The notes under the pieces are model-generated. The model saw nothing but the letters and a program-made list of their open reading frames with translations. It did no database searches and was not told the origin of the DNA. The position numbers and the translations under genes are program-made. A stretch of DNA of 64,000 bases from Minutocellus sp. GHC0000111 (lineage: Eukaryota): the NCBI GenBank assembly GCA_977018835.1, contig OZ361260.1:3224001-3288000 (forward strand), written 5' to 3'. The first letter of the stretch is position 1; the number at the start of each line of letters is the position of its first letter. This document shows, piece after piece, positions 23,869 to 33,332 of the stretch.

Positions 23869-24417
23869 ATGTTGCCGGGCATCCGCGTCGGCAAGAAGAA
23901 AAGCAAGAAGCGCAAGCTTCAGCAGGAGGAGGCAGGCGGTGCCGCCGCTGCACCAGCACCAGCCGCTACCTCATCCTCTTCCGAGGCCAATCAGGCGGCC
24001 GCCGAGGCTCTCCGCGCGAGGCTCATGGGCGGTGGAAGCCTTGCCGGTAGCGCTGCCAAAACGTCGGCGCCGACCGCTGCTGCTGCTGCGGCATCATCCG
24101 GCAACGACGATGTCATTGCTCGTCTGGAAAAGAGGGGCAAGATCACATCTGCCGGTGACGATGCAAAGGAGGCGTCGGCCATTGTCCTAACGAAGGAGGC
24201 AGCCGCACCCGTCCAACGCGAGCAGTACCGCCGCGAGGACTTTCGGCACGGGGCGCGCAAGGGCAAGATTTCGCAGAGAGATGCCGCGGCGGCGGCGTCG
24301 GCGGCCTCCCGGGACATGACCATTGCCGACATGGTGGCCGAAGAGAAGCGCGAGCGACAAATCGGCGCTAAAGGGAATCGCGCCACCTGCCGCATGAGAC
24401 GACATGATCCCACCTGA
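23869..24417 (+). pseudogene. 5' fragment of a probable CWF19-like 2 (CwfJ-family) splicing factor, truncated
   Basis: Basic N-terminus (GKKKSKKRK), AAAEALRARLMG and DMTIADMVAEEKR resemble the CWF19L2 N-terminal region. The ORF ends about 20 codons later inside the opposite-strand gene, with no CwfJ C-terminal domains. Confidence 0.45.
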
Positions 24418-26652
24418 TAACCCGGGAATCATACTGCTTACATCGGTCGGTAGACTGCCAAACGGCACAGCTTGCGGCCTCTGTTTTCTATTGTCTTGGC
24501 CAAGTAGATCGCCCTGCCAGAGTACTGAACACCCGGCCTTCTTCTGGAATGCACACACCATATTCTTCAAATCCTTGGAAGCATCGCTCTCTCGACCAGG
24601 CACAGACAGCGCCTCAATGTCGGTTGCCAAGCACACAGGCCCGTGGATCTGAGCTTCCTTGTACATTTGGCACTTGCTTTGACCACCTCCAACTCGGGAA
24701 AGATTCAGAATGGACTTGATTTCCTCGTCGGTATATCCCTCAAGAATGTGCGCATAATATCGCGCAGTGGCCAATGAAGTGGCGCTCGCTGGCATACCTG
24801 AAAGGCGGTATGCAGCTGTAAATCCCGATGCCGCTGCCTTTTTATGGCTATCAAAACCCCCAGTGTCCTTGTCAAAGAAGGTACACCGGTGCCGGATCGA
24901 CTTCTTGAGGATCATGTGCAAGTCTCCATAGTGCCTTGCCGGTTTGACGCCCTCAATATCGCCAGTAATGTTGACACACCCATACTTTGGCCTTTGAAAC
25001 GCAGAACATCTATCGTAGGCTGGGCCAAACATGTTCCGCTCCCACTGCATTCTAGATGTCGTGCTTATGCCTCCACCACCAGTCGAAGTCTCGAAAAGGC
25101 TTCGGTAGTGAGTGTCTTTTACAAGAAACCCAAGACATTGTTCGGTCAGGTGTATGATCACCGGTGCGGCATCGCGAATATACGCCAGGCATCGATCGAG
25201 GTCGTCAGGCTTGTATCCCAGCTTGATCACCCGAGCTCGGACCTTGGGAAGGGCCGCATCGTGGCAGGGCCGGGCCTCGTTCTCCACGGCTCGCAGGGCT
25301 ATCCGTTGGCACTTATCGAGCGTCGCGAATACCTCCTCAAACGTGCTTGGTCCCTGTGTCAGCCTCCTCCTGCGCTTGGTCTCTGCCTCTGCCGCAGCCT
25401 CTTCCGCGCGAGATTAGCATCGTTGATATCACTTTGGGAATGTGTCGCGGGTCTTTTGTGCTTTGCTGGCGACAAACCCGGCAAAAATAACCCTTTGGTC
25501 CCTGCTGCTTCCTTCCTATCTTGTTCCTGGATCTTCCGTACAGTATGCCATGACGACGCGTCCATGTGCGGCGGTGGAGATGATGCAAGGGGTGCGTTGG
25601 TTCTTCAATCTCTTCGTCGCCGTCGGAATCCACGTCCAAACATATTACTTCTGGCGGTGATGCGGGCGCAGCTGCAGCATACGATGCTTGCGAGGTGACG
25701 GCGTCATTTGGGTTTGGCTTCGATGGTTGGTTGGCGATTTGTATTGATCATCGTCATCATCATCACTCTCCTCGATAATTTCAACGTCGCTATCATCACT
25801 CTCGACAATGTCGTCTTCATCATGGATGTCCTCTTTTCTGGCGGCAGTACTTTTCTTTACAGAGTCGCATTTGGCTTCCATTTCACCTCCATCCTCATCA
25901 TCGCAATCCTGTCTGGTCTCATCAGCATTCGCAGATGCAGATGCCAACCTGGCTCGCTCGGCCTCAGCCTTCGCTTCCTCCTCCCGCCTCCGCTTCTTGG
26001 ACAGCTCAGCCGCTCTGGCGTATTCCAGCAAATCATCATCGTCGTCATCATCGTCGTCCGAATCCGAGTCGATGTTCCTCGACCTGAAGTAGCCGGCCCT
26101 TGCCCTCCGCCGTCTCTTCCTCCGCTCCATCACGTCGACCTCGTGATGCCAGGCCACCCCACGATGGCTTTGCCTGGTCGGCGGGGAGGTACGAGTGTTC
26201 GCACGAGAAGCGGCCGGGGCAGCTGCTGGGGACAGTGATGATTCTGGTAGTGATTCTACTCCTCCTGATATAGAGCCGGCATTCTTCTCGTCGACAGTCT
26301 TCTCCTCCGTATCCTCCTTATTCGCAGACCTCTCCCTTCTTTCCTTCAGCATCCGCTCAATCTCTCGATCTACCGAGTCGAGATCGGAATCGTCCTCGCC
26401 ATCTGGCATCGGTGGTGGAGACGACGAGGATTCGCCCTCCTTGCGAGTACTAGCACTACCGGCCTTCGCTCTCGCTTCCCTCATCATCCGCTCAATCTCT
26501 CGATCTACCGAGTCGAGGTCCGAGTCATCGTCGTCACCAGTACTCGTACCAACAACGTGGGCGCCGACTGCTGCCGCCTTCTTCGACGAAGGCCCGCCCT
26601 TGAGCCACTCGTCGAGGGAGTCCACCGACTCATCGTCGCTGCTACCTGTCAT
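24187..26652 (-). CDS. DUF3626-domain protein with a long acidic N-terminal region (several frameshifts at 25400-25730; true 3' end unclear)
   Basis: HYRSLFETSTGGG, WERNMFG.AYD, RPKYGCVN, ARHYG, IRHRCTF and YKEAQIHGPVCLATDIEAL match DUF3626. Upstream frames link through EVICLDVDSD and DINDANLAR to ORF 25645-26652. Internal repeat DDSDLDSVDREIERM x2. Confidence 0.7.
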
Positions 26653-26899
26653 CGTGGCGGTGCGGTCTAGCTACGTGTGGGAAGTGGGAACGCATGGTCA
26701 AGGCAAAACCGATGGATTGGAATGGATCGGATATCGGATAATCGATAGCCTTCGCTTTTTGGTTTTTAGTTTCTGATGTGTCATGCCATCGTCAAATACG
26801 CTTTCTGCCGTCACGCTGCTTTTCGCTCGTCCATCCAGTCGTCCAGACCAGCAATTTTTCGGCCGGCACAACACACGCCCGTCGCTTCAAGCAGCAATA

Positions 26900-27817
26900 A
26901 TGGCAGAGGGAAGTGCAAGTCTCGATGCCGAGGATTATGCTGTGCTCGGACTAGGAACCTCTTTTGCGGATGAGGGCAATAGCAGGGATACGGGTGCATG
27001 TACCGGCAACAGCAACGCATGTGCTGAAGCACCAGAGGTAGTTCACGCAAGCAAGAACGCAAGCGTTGCGGATGCCCAAAATGCAAGCGCCCAACCAGCG
27101 AAAACCGTTGCAAAAAGGCGGGGCCGACCAAAGGGCTACCGATTATCCAAGCCAACAAAGCGAAAGGGCACCGGTTTCATAGACTTGACCGGGGTGCCCC
27201 CACAACCGCCCATCCTCAAGAATCAGCTGGGCAGCACTCTGTACAAAGACAATTCCCGCCGCTTCCGAACGGATAGACCAAACTGCTCCAAGTATACGGG
27301 CGTTTACTATGAGGCGAAGCAATTGAAATGGAAGGCGCAGATAATGGTGGAAGGAAAGGTCCGATCCATCGGGTACTATGATAATGAGGAAGATGCCGCT
27401 GCCGACTATGCCCGCGCGGCATACAAGTACAAAGCAAGGAAATCGTCCGCCAATGTTTACGGCAATGTGTATGGTGGGCTAGACTTGAGCGGCATACCGA
27501 CAGATTTGTCTCTAATTCGCAAAGAGGGAACTGCCTCAGGATATGCCGGAGTCAAGAAGAATAAAAGTCGCTTCGAAGCAAGAATCGGCATTAAAAAGAA
27601 ACTGGTGACACTGGGAACCTTCGACACTCCCGAGGAGGCAGCAATGGTTTACGCTAGGGCCAAGTTTTACCTGGAAACTAGGGAGAAGAGTCAAAAACAT
27701 GGCAAAGCATCAGGGAAGAGTTCTGTTGTATGCCATGATGTTGGCGATGCATCAGACGAAGACCCCATAGACCCCTGCTTTGTGATTGATTCGAATATTG
27801 ACAAAATTGCGGTTTGA
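26900..27817 (+). CDS. AP2/ERF-domain transcription factor (two AP2 domains plus an AT-hook)
   Basis: KRRGRPKG; SKYTGVYY...KWKAQI...GYYDNEEDAAADYARA; SGYAGVKK...RFEARI...LGTFDTPEEAAMVYARA. An alternative ATG lies at 26783. Confidence 0.9.
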   Translation: MAEGSASLDAEDYAVLGLGTSFADEGNSRDTGACTGNSNACAEAPEVVHASKNASVADAQNASAQPAKTVAKRRGRPKGYRLSKPTKRKGTGFIDLTGVPPQPPILKNQLGSTLYKDNSRRFRTDRPNCSKYTGVYYEAKQLKWKAQIMVEGKVRSIGYYDNEEDAAADYARAAYKYKARKSSANVYGNVYGGLDLSGIPTDLSLIRKEGTASGYAGVKKNKSRFEARIGIKKKLVTLGTFDTPEEAAMVYARAKFYLETREKSQKHGKASGKSSVVCHDVGDASDEDPIDPCFVIDSNIDKIAV

Positions 27818-27921
27818 AGGATTCCCAGACCTTGCAGTTTGCACAGTTTGGATTGCTTGCTTGAACTAATTTAATTTGCAGAACCATGGAACTCAAAGAT
27901 ATATCAGCACCAATCATTATA

Positions 27922-28704
27922 CTATGTAGACCCATCATAACACTCCTTCAGGCTGCAAACAGTACCATTGGATTCCCTCTGCATCTGAGACGCTACCCAT
28001 TCCGATGATTCGTGAACTCTCTTGCCACCATGCTCTTCCAACAGCAAATCCTTGTCGATCACCTTGTACACTTCGTCGATGCTCGATACAAAATGAAAAC
28101 GCTTCCTCAGTTTCTGGGGCATCATCATTTGAATCATGCTGAACATCCCCCGAAAAATGAAGGGAGCATTGAGTATATAAGCCCCTTCGATCCGAATAGG
28201 GAAGTGTCCGATGATTGCATTCAACAGTACCTTGGGAATTCCCACATGGATATTTTTCGATGTTACACCTTTCATGTCATAAAACAGAGTAATGCCATGT
28301 ACCTGGGCATGTTCGCGTTCCAGGACTCTATCCATTGTAAAAAGCACCATTCGAACTACATCTTCGACGGTTCGTCCGTCGGTCATGTCGTTGTTCCGCA
28401 AACGTCCACACAGCACCGCCGATCCCTTCTTGCTGACGAAATCTTCCGGCGCAATCACCACATCTGTTTCAAGGACACGCTTCAGCTCGTCATCCTTGCT
28501 GGCTTGGAGAGGCCGGTCTTCGAATGCGAAGGGGTTTTCGGCCCTCCACTTTTGATGGTCGCGGAACCGACCGGCGGCGCGTTCGACGCTGGGCTTCCAG
28601 CGAAGGAACTTGAGTAAGTTTTCGTCGCTCACACCGTCGGCTGCATCACCCAGCTCGGTTTTTAGGGCCGGTAGAAGCTCCTCGGGCGTGGTAGGGTCGG
28701 TCAT
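27922..28704 (-). CDS. CRAL-TRIO (Sec14/clavesin-like) lipid-binding protein
   Basis: DENLLKFLRWK...WR; QVHGITLFYDMKG; HFPIRIEGAYILNAP; KLRKRFHF; LLEEHGG. Confidence 0.92.
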   Translation of the reverse strand: MTDPTTPEELLPALKTELGDAADGVSDENLLKFLRWKPSVERAAGRFRDHQKWRAENPFAFEDRPLQASKDDELKRVLETDVVIAPEDFVSKKGSAVLCGRLRNNDMTDGRTVEDVVRMVLFTMDRVLEREHAQVHGITLFYDMKGVTSKNIHVGIPKVLLNAIIGHFPIRIEGAYILNAPFIFRGMFSMIQMMMPQKLRKRFHFVSSIDEVYKVIDKDLLLEEHGGKRVHESSEWVASQMQRESNGTVCSLKECYDGST

Positions 28705-28941
28705 GGGTAGGAATTCCTAGCTACGTAGGAGGTTTGGGATTGGAAGCAGGGCGGGAGAGGAGCGGAGGTTTATTGAACTCAAAAACTATTTCTTCATATG
28801 CATTGGATGTACCTTTCACGTGATAAAAATTTCGGAAAATCGCTGTCTTTTCACCTTTTCTATTCTGTCGAAATAGATCCAACGCATGAAAATTGCAACA
28901 CGCTTCATATTTCACTCGTGCTCCTACTGTACCGCTCCAAG

Positions 28942-30214
28942 ATGAAGCTCCGTATCCTCCTCCTCGCCGCTGCTGGCGCAGGCACTGCCGCCCAAAATCC
29001 CTTTGATGATTTGATGAAGTGCGCCCAAGCTGGTGCTTCTTCTGATGAATGCACGGCCACAACCATATCCGATGGTGAACATTGTAAGTTCTGCAGTTCT
29101 GATTCTTTGGGGCAAGCAATTTGCACTACTTCTCAGGCTTCCCAGGCCATGAAACAATTTCTTCCGGATCTAGATTGCGGTGCTGACTCTATTACTCAAG
29201 AGGTTGATGAGAAAACTGGATCCACCGACGAGCTATCGCGCCTCATCTTTTTGAGTGCCATCGGCGTTACCGCTCAGGACCCCTTCTCGGATATTATGAC
29301 ATGCGCTCAACTCCGCCTCGCCCGATCAATGCACTGCTACCGAAGTCAGCGATGGATCCGACTGCGTCTTTTGCACGTCGGACTCGGTCCAGCAGTCGAT
29401 CTGTACCACTGAGAGTGCCTCTGAAATGATCAAACAACTGCTTCCCGACCTCGATTGTGGAAGTGGTAGTGATCATGAGAAGGCTGCCGAAGATTCAACA
29501 TCCAGCCCCACGGCCAAGGACAACATCCAAGATCTCCTCCTCTGCGCGCAGAGCGGAGCCAGCGCCGATCAGTGTGCCTCGACCGAGATGAGCGACGGGG
29601 AGCACTGCGTCATGTGCAAGAGCGCCAGCGTTCAGCAAGATCTGTGTACCACCCCCAGCGCCTCGAGCATGATGAAGAGCTTCATCCCTGACCTCAAGTG
29701 CGGTTCCGATACTGCCGATACTACCACTACTGCTGGCAAGGCCAAGAGTGCCATCGATGATTCGATCCAGGATATCATGACGTGCGCCCAAGCCAGCACG
29801 TCGGCGGACAACTGCCAGTCCACTTCCATCAGTAATGGATCCGACTGTCTCTTCTGTACTTCGCGCTCACTGCGTACCTCGGTCTGTACAACGGCTGAGG
29901 CCTCCGAGATGATCAAGGGATTCGTCCAGGATGTGAAGTGCAGTGGCGATGTCAATGGTCTTCGTGGTGGAAAGGCTGCGGGTAAGGATAATGAAGGTAT
30001 GCTCGATCTCATCCCCTCGTCGTGCATTCCCAGCAGTGGTCTAGATGACGAGGCCTGCTCAGAGGCCAAGGACAGCTCGACTGGCGAGGACTGCGTCTGG
30101 TGTCCCTCGTTGGCTGGCAACTATGGCATGTGCCTGTCGCATGAAGAGGCTGCCATCGCATCCAAGAAGGGCTGGCTCAAGTGCCCCGAGGTGTTAACCA
30201 TTGCAATTGAGTAA
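28942..30214 (+). CDS. Secreted protein with four 6-Cys repeats and a C-terminal CVWC module (frameshift near 29310)
   Basis: Signal peptide MKLRILLLAAAGAGTAA; repeat consensus D(L/I)MxCAQ..S.D.C....S(D/N)G..C..C.S.S.....CTT..AS.MMK.F.PDL.CG. The second repeat continues in another frame after CAQ. Confidence 0.8.
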
Positions 30215-30859
30215 ATTGATGCCGACATCTTTCTTCTATGTTCTACCGATACCTTGGGCGATTCTTTCTGAACGAAGTAGCTACTGTAAAAATTAGGCAA
30301 ATCTTGTGAATAATAATCTACATTGTTTTTACTATGATAGCGTTATGATAGCGGAACACCATAATGTGTGTTCTTGAAAAATACTGCAAGATAGCTGCAG
30401 TCAATCCCTTGCTGCAATAGCGTTGTGCTGATTACATGTATGCAAAGGTTTCGCCAAATAACCGAGCTTGACTTATTCTCGGTCGGCGGTAGTCTTCTTT
30501 TCCCTTTCCGGTAGAGCACGGCCTCGGCTCAGCCACGGCCGTTTAAGTGACTTGGCACGTGGGCTGAACTCCATGAGAGCTTCTCCGTACTCTTTTCGGT
30601 GACATTCGTCATCGTCAATGTCGCAGGAAGAGCTGGCGATGATGGTGGCATCGGAGTCATCGTCGTGAATCTTCTTGATGAGCGGAGTCTGAGTCCGAAG
30701 GGCCCGGATGCGCTTCTTCGTACCAACGAGTTTTCGAAGGAGCCATACTTTGGATGGTTTCAATTTGACCTTCTTCTCATGGTCGAGATCTTGGTCATTC
30801 ACATCTTCGACAACGACATCGGGAGTTGACGATATAGAGTTGCGACGTTTCTTCTTGGC
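29086..30859. repeat. Source copy of a 1774-bp segment duplicated at 59027-60800
   Basis: Constant offset of 29941 nt; the tracked ORFs in both copies are identical. Confidence 0.95.
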
Positions 30860-32494
30860 GAGACGCTTGGCGGCCTTGCGCTTCAGTCTCTCGAGTTTCT
30901 CCTCCTTCTTCAGAGCCTTGAAGAAGGACTTCTCGGTTGCGCGCTCTTCCTTTGCGGCGGTCTTTTCTGCACGACGAATCTCCTTCTTGCGTTCCTTGAG
31001 CTTCTTCTTCTGTTCCTTTGTGGGGTCAAAGAAACGGCTCTTCTGTGCACCCTCGAATAAAAGGTTGTGCACGTCCTGCTCAATCTTGGCGGAGATCTCT
31101 GCCATCTCCATCCGTTCCTGGGTGCGCTTGGCGATGGCCTCGTCGTCATCTTCCACCTCATCGAGCTCGTCGTTGGAGGCTCCGGCCACGTTCTTGAGGA
31201 ACATTTTGTCCACCGCGGCATTGGTTTGGCACGATCTCTCCAGAATTCGAAGACAAATCTGCTTGGTCAGCTCATCGTCCTCGTGATCCTCAAAGTCAAA
31301 CTCATCGATGACCTGCTGCTCGTACTTGTCCCATACCTGCTCCCAGGACAGGCCGTCGGAATTCCATCGCCCGTAATCCCGGAGCGAACGGAATCCATCG
31401 TAGGCCATGGAAAATACGCGGCCGGGGACGATGCACCGTTCCCGGGCATACTTCTTGGCGGCATTCCGTGCCTCGTAGGCCAGAGGTGCCAGTTCGTGGG
31501 GACGCATGAGGCCCATATCGTACAGACCCATCAGCGCACGGGGAAGGAGGGTGTGGTACAGTCGGCGGGTGGTCTCGGGATCCAAGTCGCCCCACAGCTG
31601 GTTTCGGTTGGTTCCAAAGGTCTCCCGCAGAGTATTGACGTCGGTATATCTTTTGGCCCATTCCATCTTGCGCCGTTCGTACTCCTCGTCGTCGAGGACG
31701 AGGTCGCCATTCTCGGGATCGAAGGCCGTCGGACCCAGAGCCGCGGCTAAATGAGGGGGGAAATCACGTGCGTTGCGCGGTCTTTTGTTGTTGCGGTTGG
31801 AATTGTCACCACCACCATTGCTACTACCGCCACCTCCTCCGGTCCGTCGTCTCCCACCCTTGGGCCGAGTTACCGGATTGGACTGAGGTCGCAGCCCCAG
31901 CGTGTACGAAGACAGGGGAATGCCTCCCTTTTGGCTGCTGCCCGATGCCTTTCGCATGACGGTTGGACTCATCGTATGTGCCCTCAGTTCGAGGAGACGT
32001 TGCGTCCCGCCGTGAGAGGACGATATACTAGAAGAAGGCATGTTGTTGTCATCGCCGTCAGGTAGTGATAAGGACAACGACGAAAAGGCGTCCAACTCGG
32101 AAGATAGAGGCCGTCTTCGACGGTAGCTAAATCGAGTTCCGGCATGTGTGTTGCTTTCCGTGGACTCTATTGACAATGAGTATTGTTGTGGATGCGATGG
32201 CATTCGTTGTTGCTGCTGCTTTCGACTATGCTGCGGATCGACCGCCGCGACGAAGCAGCACGAGTTGCTTCTGCTACCGGTTCTTCTGGACGGCGGTCGT
32301 CGCATGGGATATGAGCCGGGGCTAGTAGACGTCGTCGTTGACAAGCACGAGGTGGAGCTGGACGATGCGGCTGCAAGGCCGACGATCATTAAGAGGAAGG
32401 TGGCTCTGCTTATGGTCCTGTCTGGTCGAGGCGCTGCGTTGCCCGGGCAGCAGCTGCTACCGTCGTTGGTGAGGGTGCTCACGCGGTGACCCAT
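30473..32494 (-). CDS. Uncharacterised protein with a signal peptide, a globular central domain and a Lys/Glu coiled coil
   Basis: Long ORF; hydrophobic ATFLLMIVGLAAA; ordered region EWAKRYT...WGDLDPETTRRLYHTLLPRAL...ARERC...GLSWEQVWDKY; KKEEKLERLKRK tail. Confidence 0.75.
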   Translation of the reverse strand: MGHRVSTLTNDGSSCCPGNAAPRPDRTISRATFLLMIVGLAAASSSSTSCLSTTTSTSPGSYPMRRPPSRRTGSRSNSCCFVAAVDPQHSRKQQQQRMPSHPQQYSLSIESTESNTHAGTRFSYRRRRPLSSELDAFSSLSLSLPDGDDNNMPSSSISSSHGGTQRLLELRAHTMSPTVMRKASGSSQKGGIPLSSYTLGLRPQSNPVTRPKGGRRRTGGGGGSSNGGGDNSNRNNKRPRNARDFPPHLAAALGPTAFDPENGDLVLDDEEYERRKMEWAKRYTDVNTLRETFGTNRNQLWGDLDPETTRRLYHTLLPRALMGLYDMGLMRPHELAPLAYEARNAAKKYARERCIVPGRVFSMAYDGFRSLRDYGRWNSDGLSWEQVWDKYEQQVIDEFDFEDHEDDELTKQICLRILERSCQTNAAVDKMFLKNVAGASNDELDEVEDDDEAIAKRTQERMEMAEISAKIEQDVHNLLFEGAQKSRFFDPTKEQKKKLKERKKEIRRAEKTAAKEERATEKSFFKALKKEEKLERLKRKAAKRLAKKKRRNSISSTPDVVVEDVNDQDLDHEKKVKLKPSKVWLLRKLVGTKKRIRALRTQTPLIKKIHDDDSDATIIASSSCDIDDDECHRKEYGEALMEFSPRAKSLKRPWLSRGRALPEREKKTTADRE

Positions 32495-33332
32495 GTTATG
32501 TCGTTGTGTATGAAGGTAACTTTGCACGTGAAAGATTTTTTCGATCTGCGGTTCGAGACAAAGATACGAATGAATCGAGATGGTTTTCGTCGCAATCGTT
32601 CGACGGATTCTGTCGAACGACGACCTCTTCTTCGCTCTTTTCGTTGCTTCGTCGATTCCTCCGCAATAAATGTTTCGAGAATGAATCTTCGTCTCGAAGG
32701 GTTTTCGGTCGGTGTTGACAGGGTGCGCGAATGGCGAAAAAAACAGTCAATCGATACCAATCAAAGATTCCGGTCGAAGCCTGATGAAGTTATTGGCCTT
32801 CCTATCGACCAACTGGCAAATATGTGGGGTGTTGGCCAGTTGATTTATGCAAAGATTGAAGAAGAACACCGGTGGCTGGCAGCCTTCTTCGGCATTTCTC
32901 GCATTTGCCTCCTCCAGACAATTTTTCAACGAGAAAATGCTTGAGGTGGCCAAGTGGTCCCGCCAGCTGGCTCGCATCAAAAATACAAACATCAAAACCA
33001 GTTTTTATAACACTGCTATTTGAACAAGACATTGATCTGATATTGGGCTAATAAATGCTACTTGGAGTAACAAAATTCGCTCGATGACGCGCTTTGGACT
33101 CGCTCGATCCTAAATCAATCTGGCCGCATGACGCGAGGAAGAAAGAAGGAAAATGTCATCGGTTACCGCCATTTGACTCGCTCGACCAAGGAAGAAAACA
33201 ACCCGGAGGTGTTGAAGCCAGCCAAAAACCACCCATCCCGGTTCCCGTTTCAGTCAACGAGCACAAACGCATGTGGCACGAGGGTGGGAACGAACTCCCC
33301 TCTTGGAAAGACAATAATACAATAACTTGGCA

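Noticed and set aside
33070..33190. Three TCGCTCGA copies upstream of the NTT-like gene
   Set aside because: Short motif seen clustered at only one locus; not enough to call a regulatory site.
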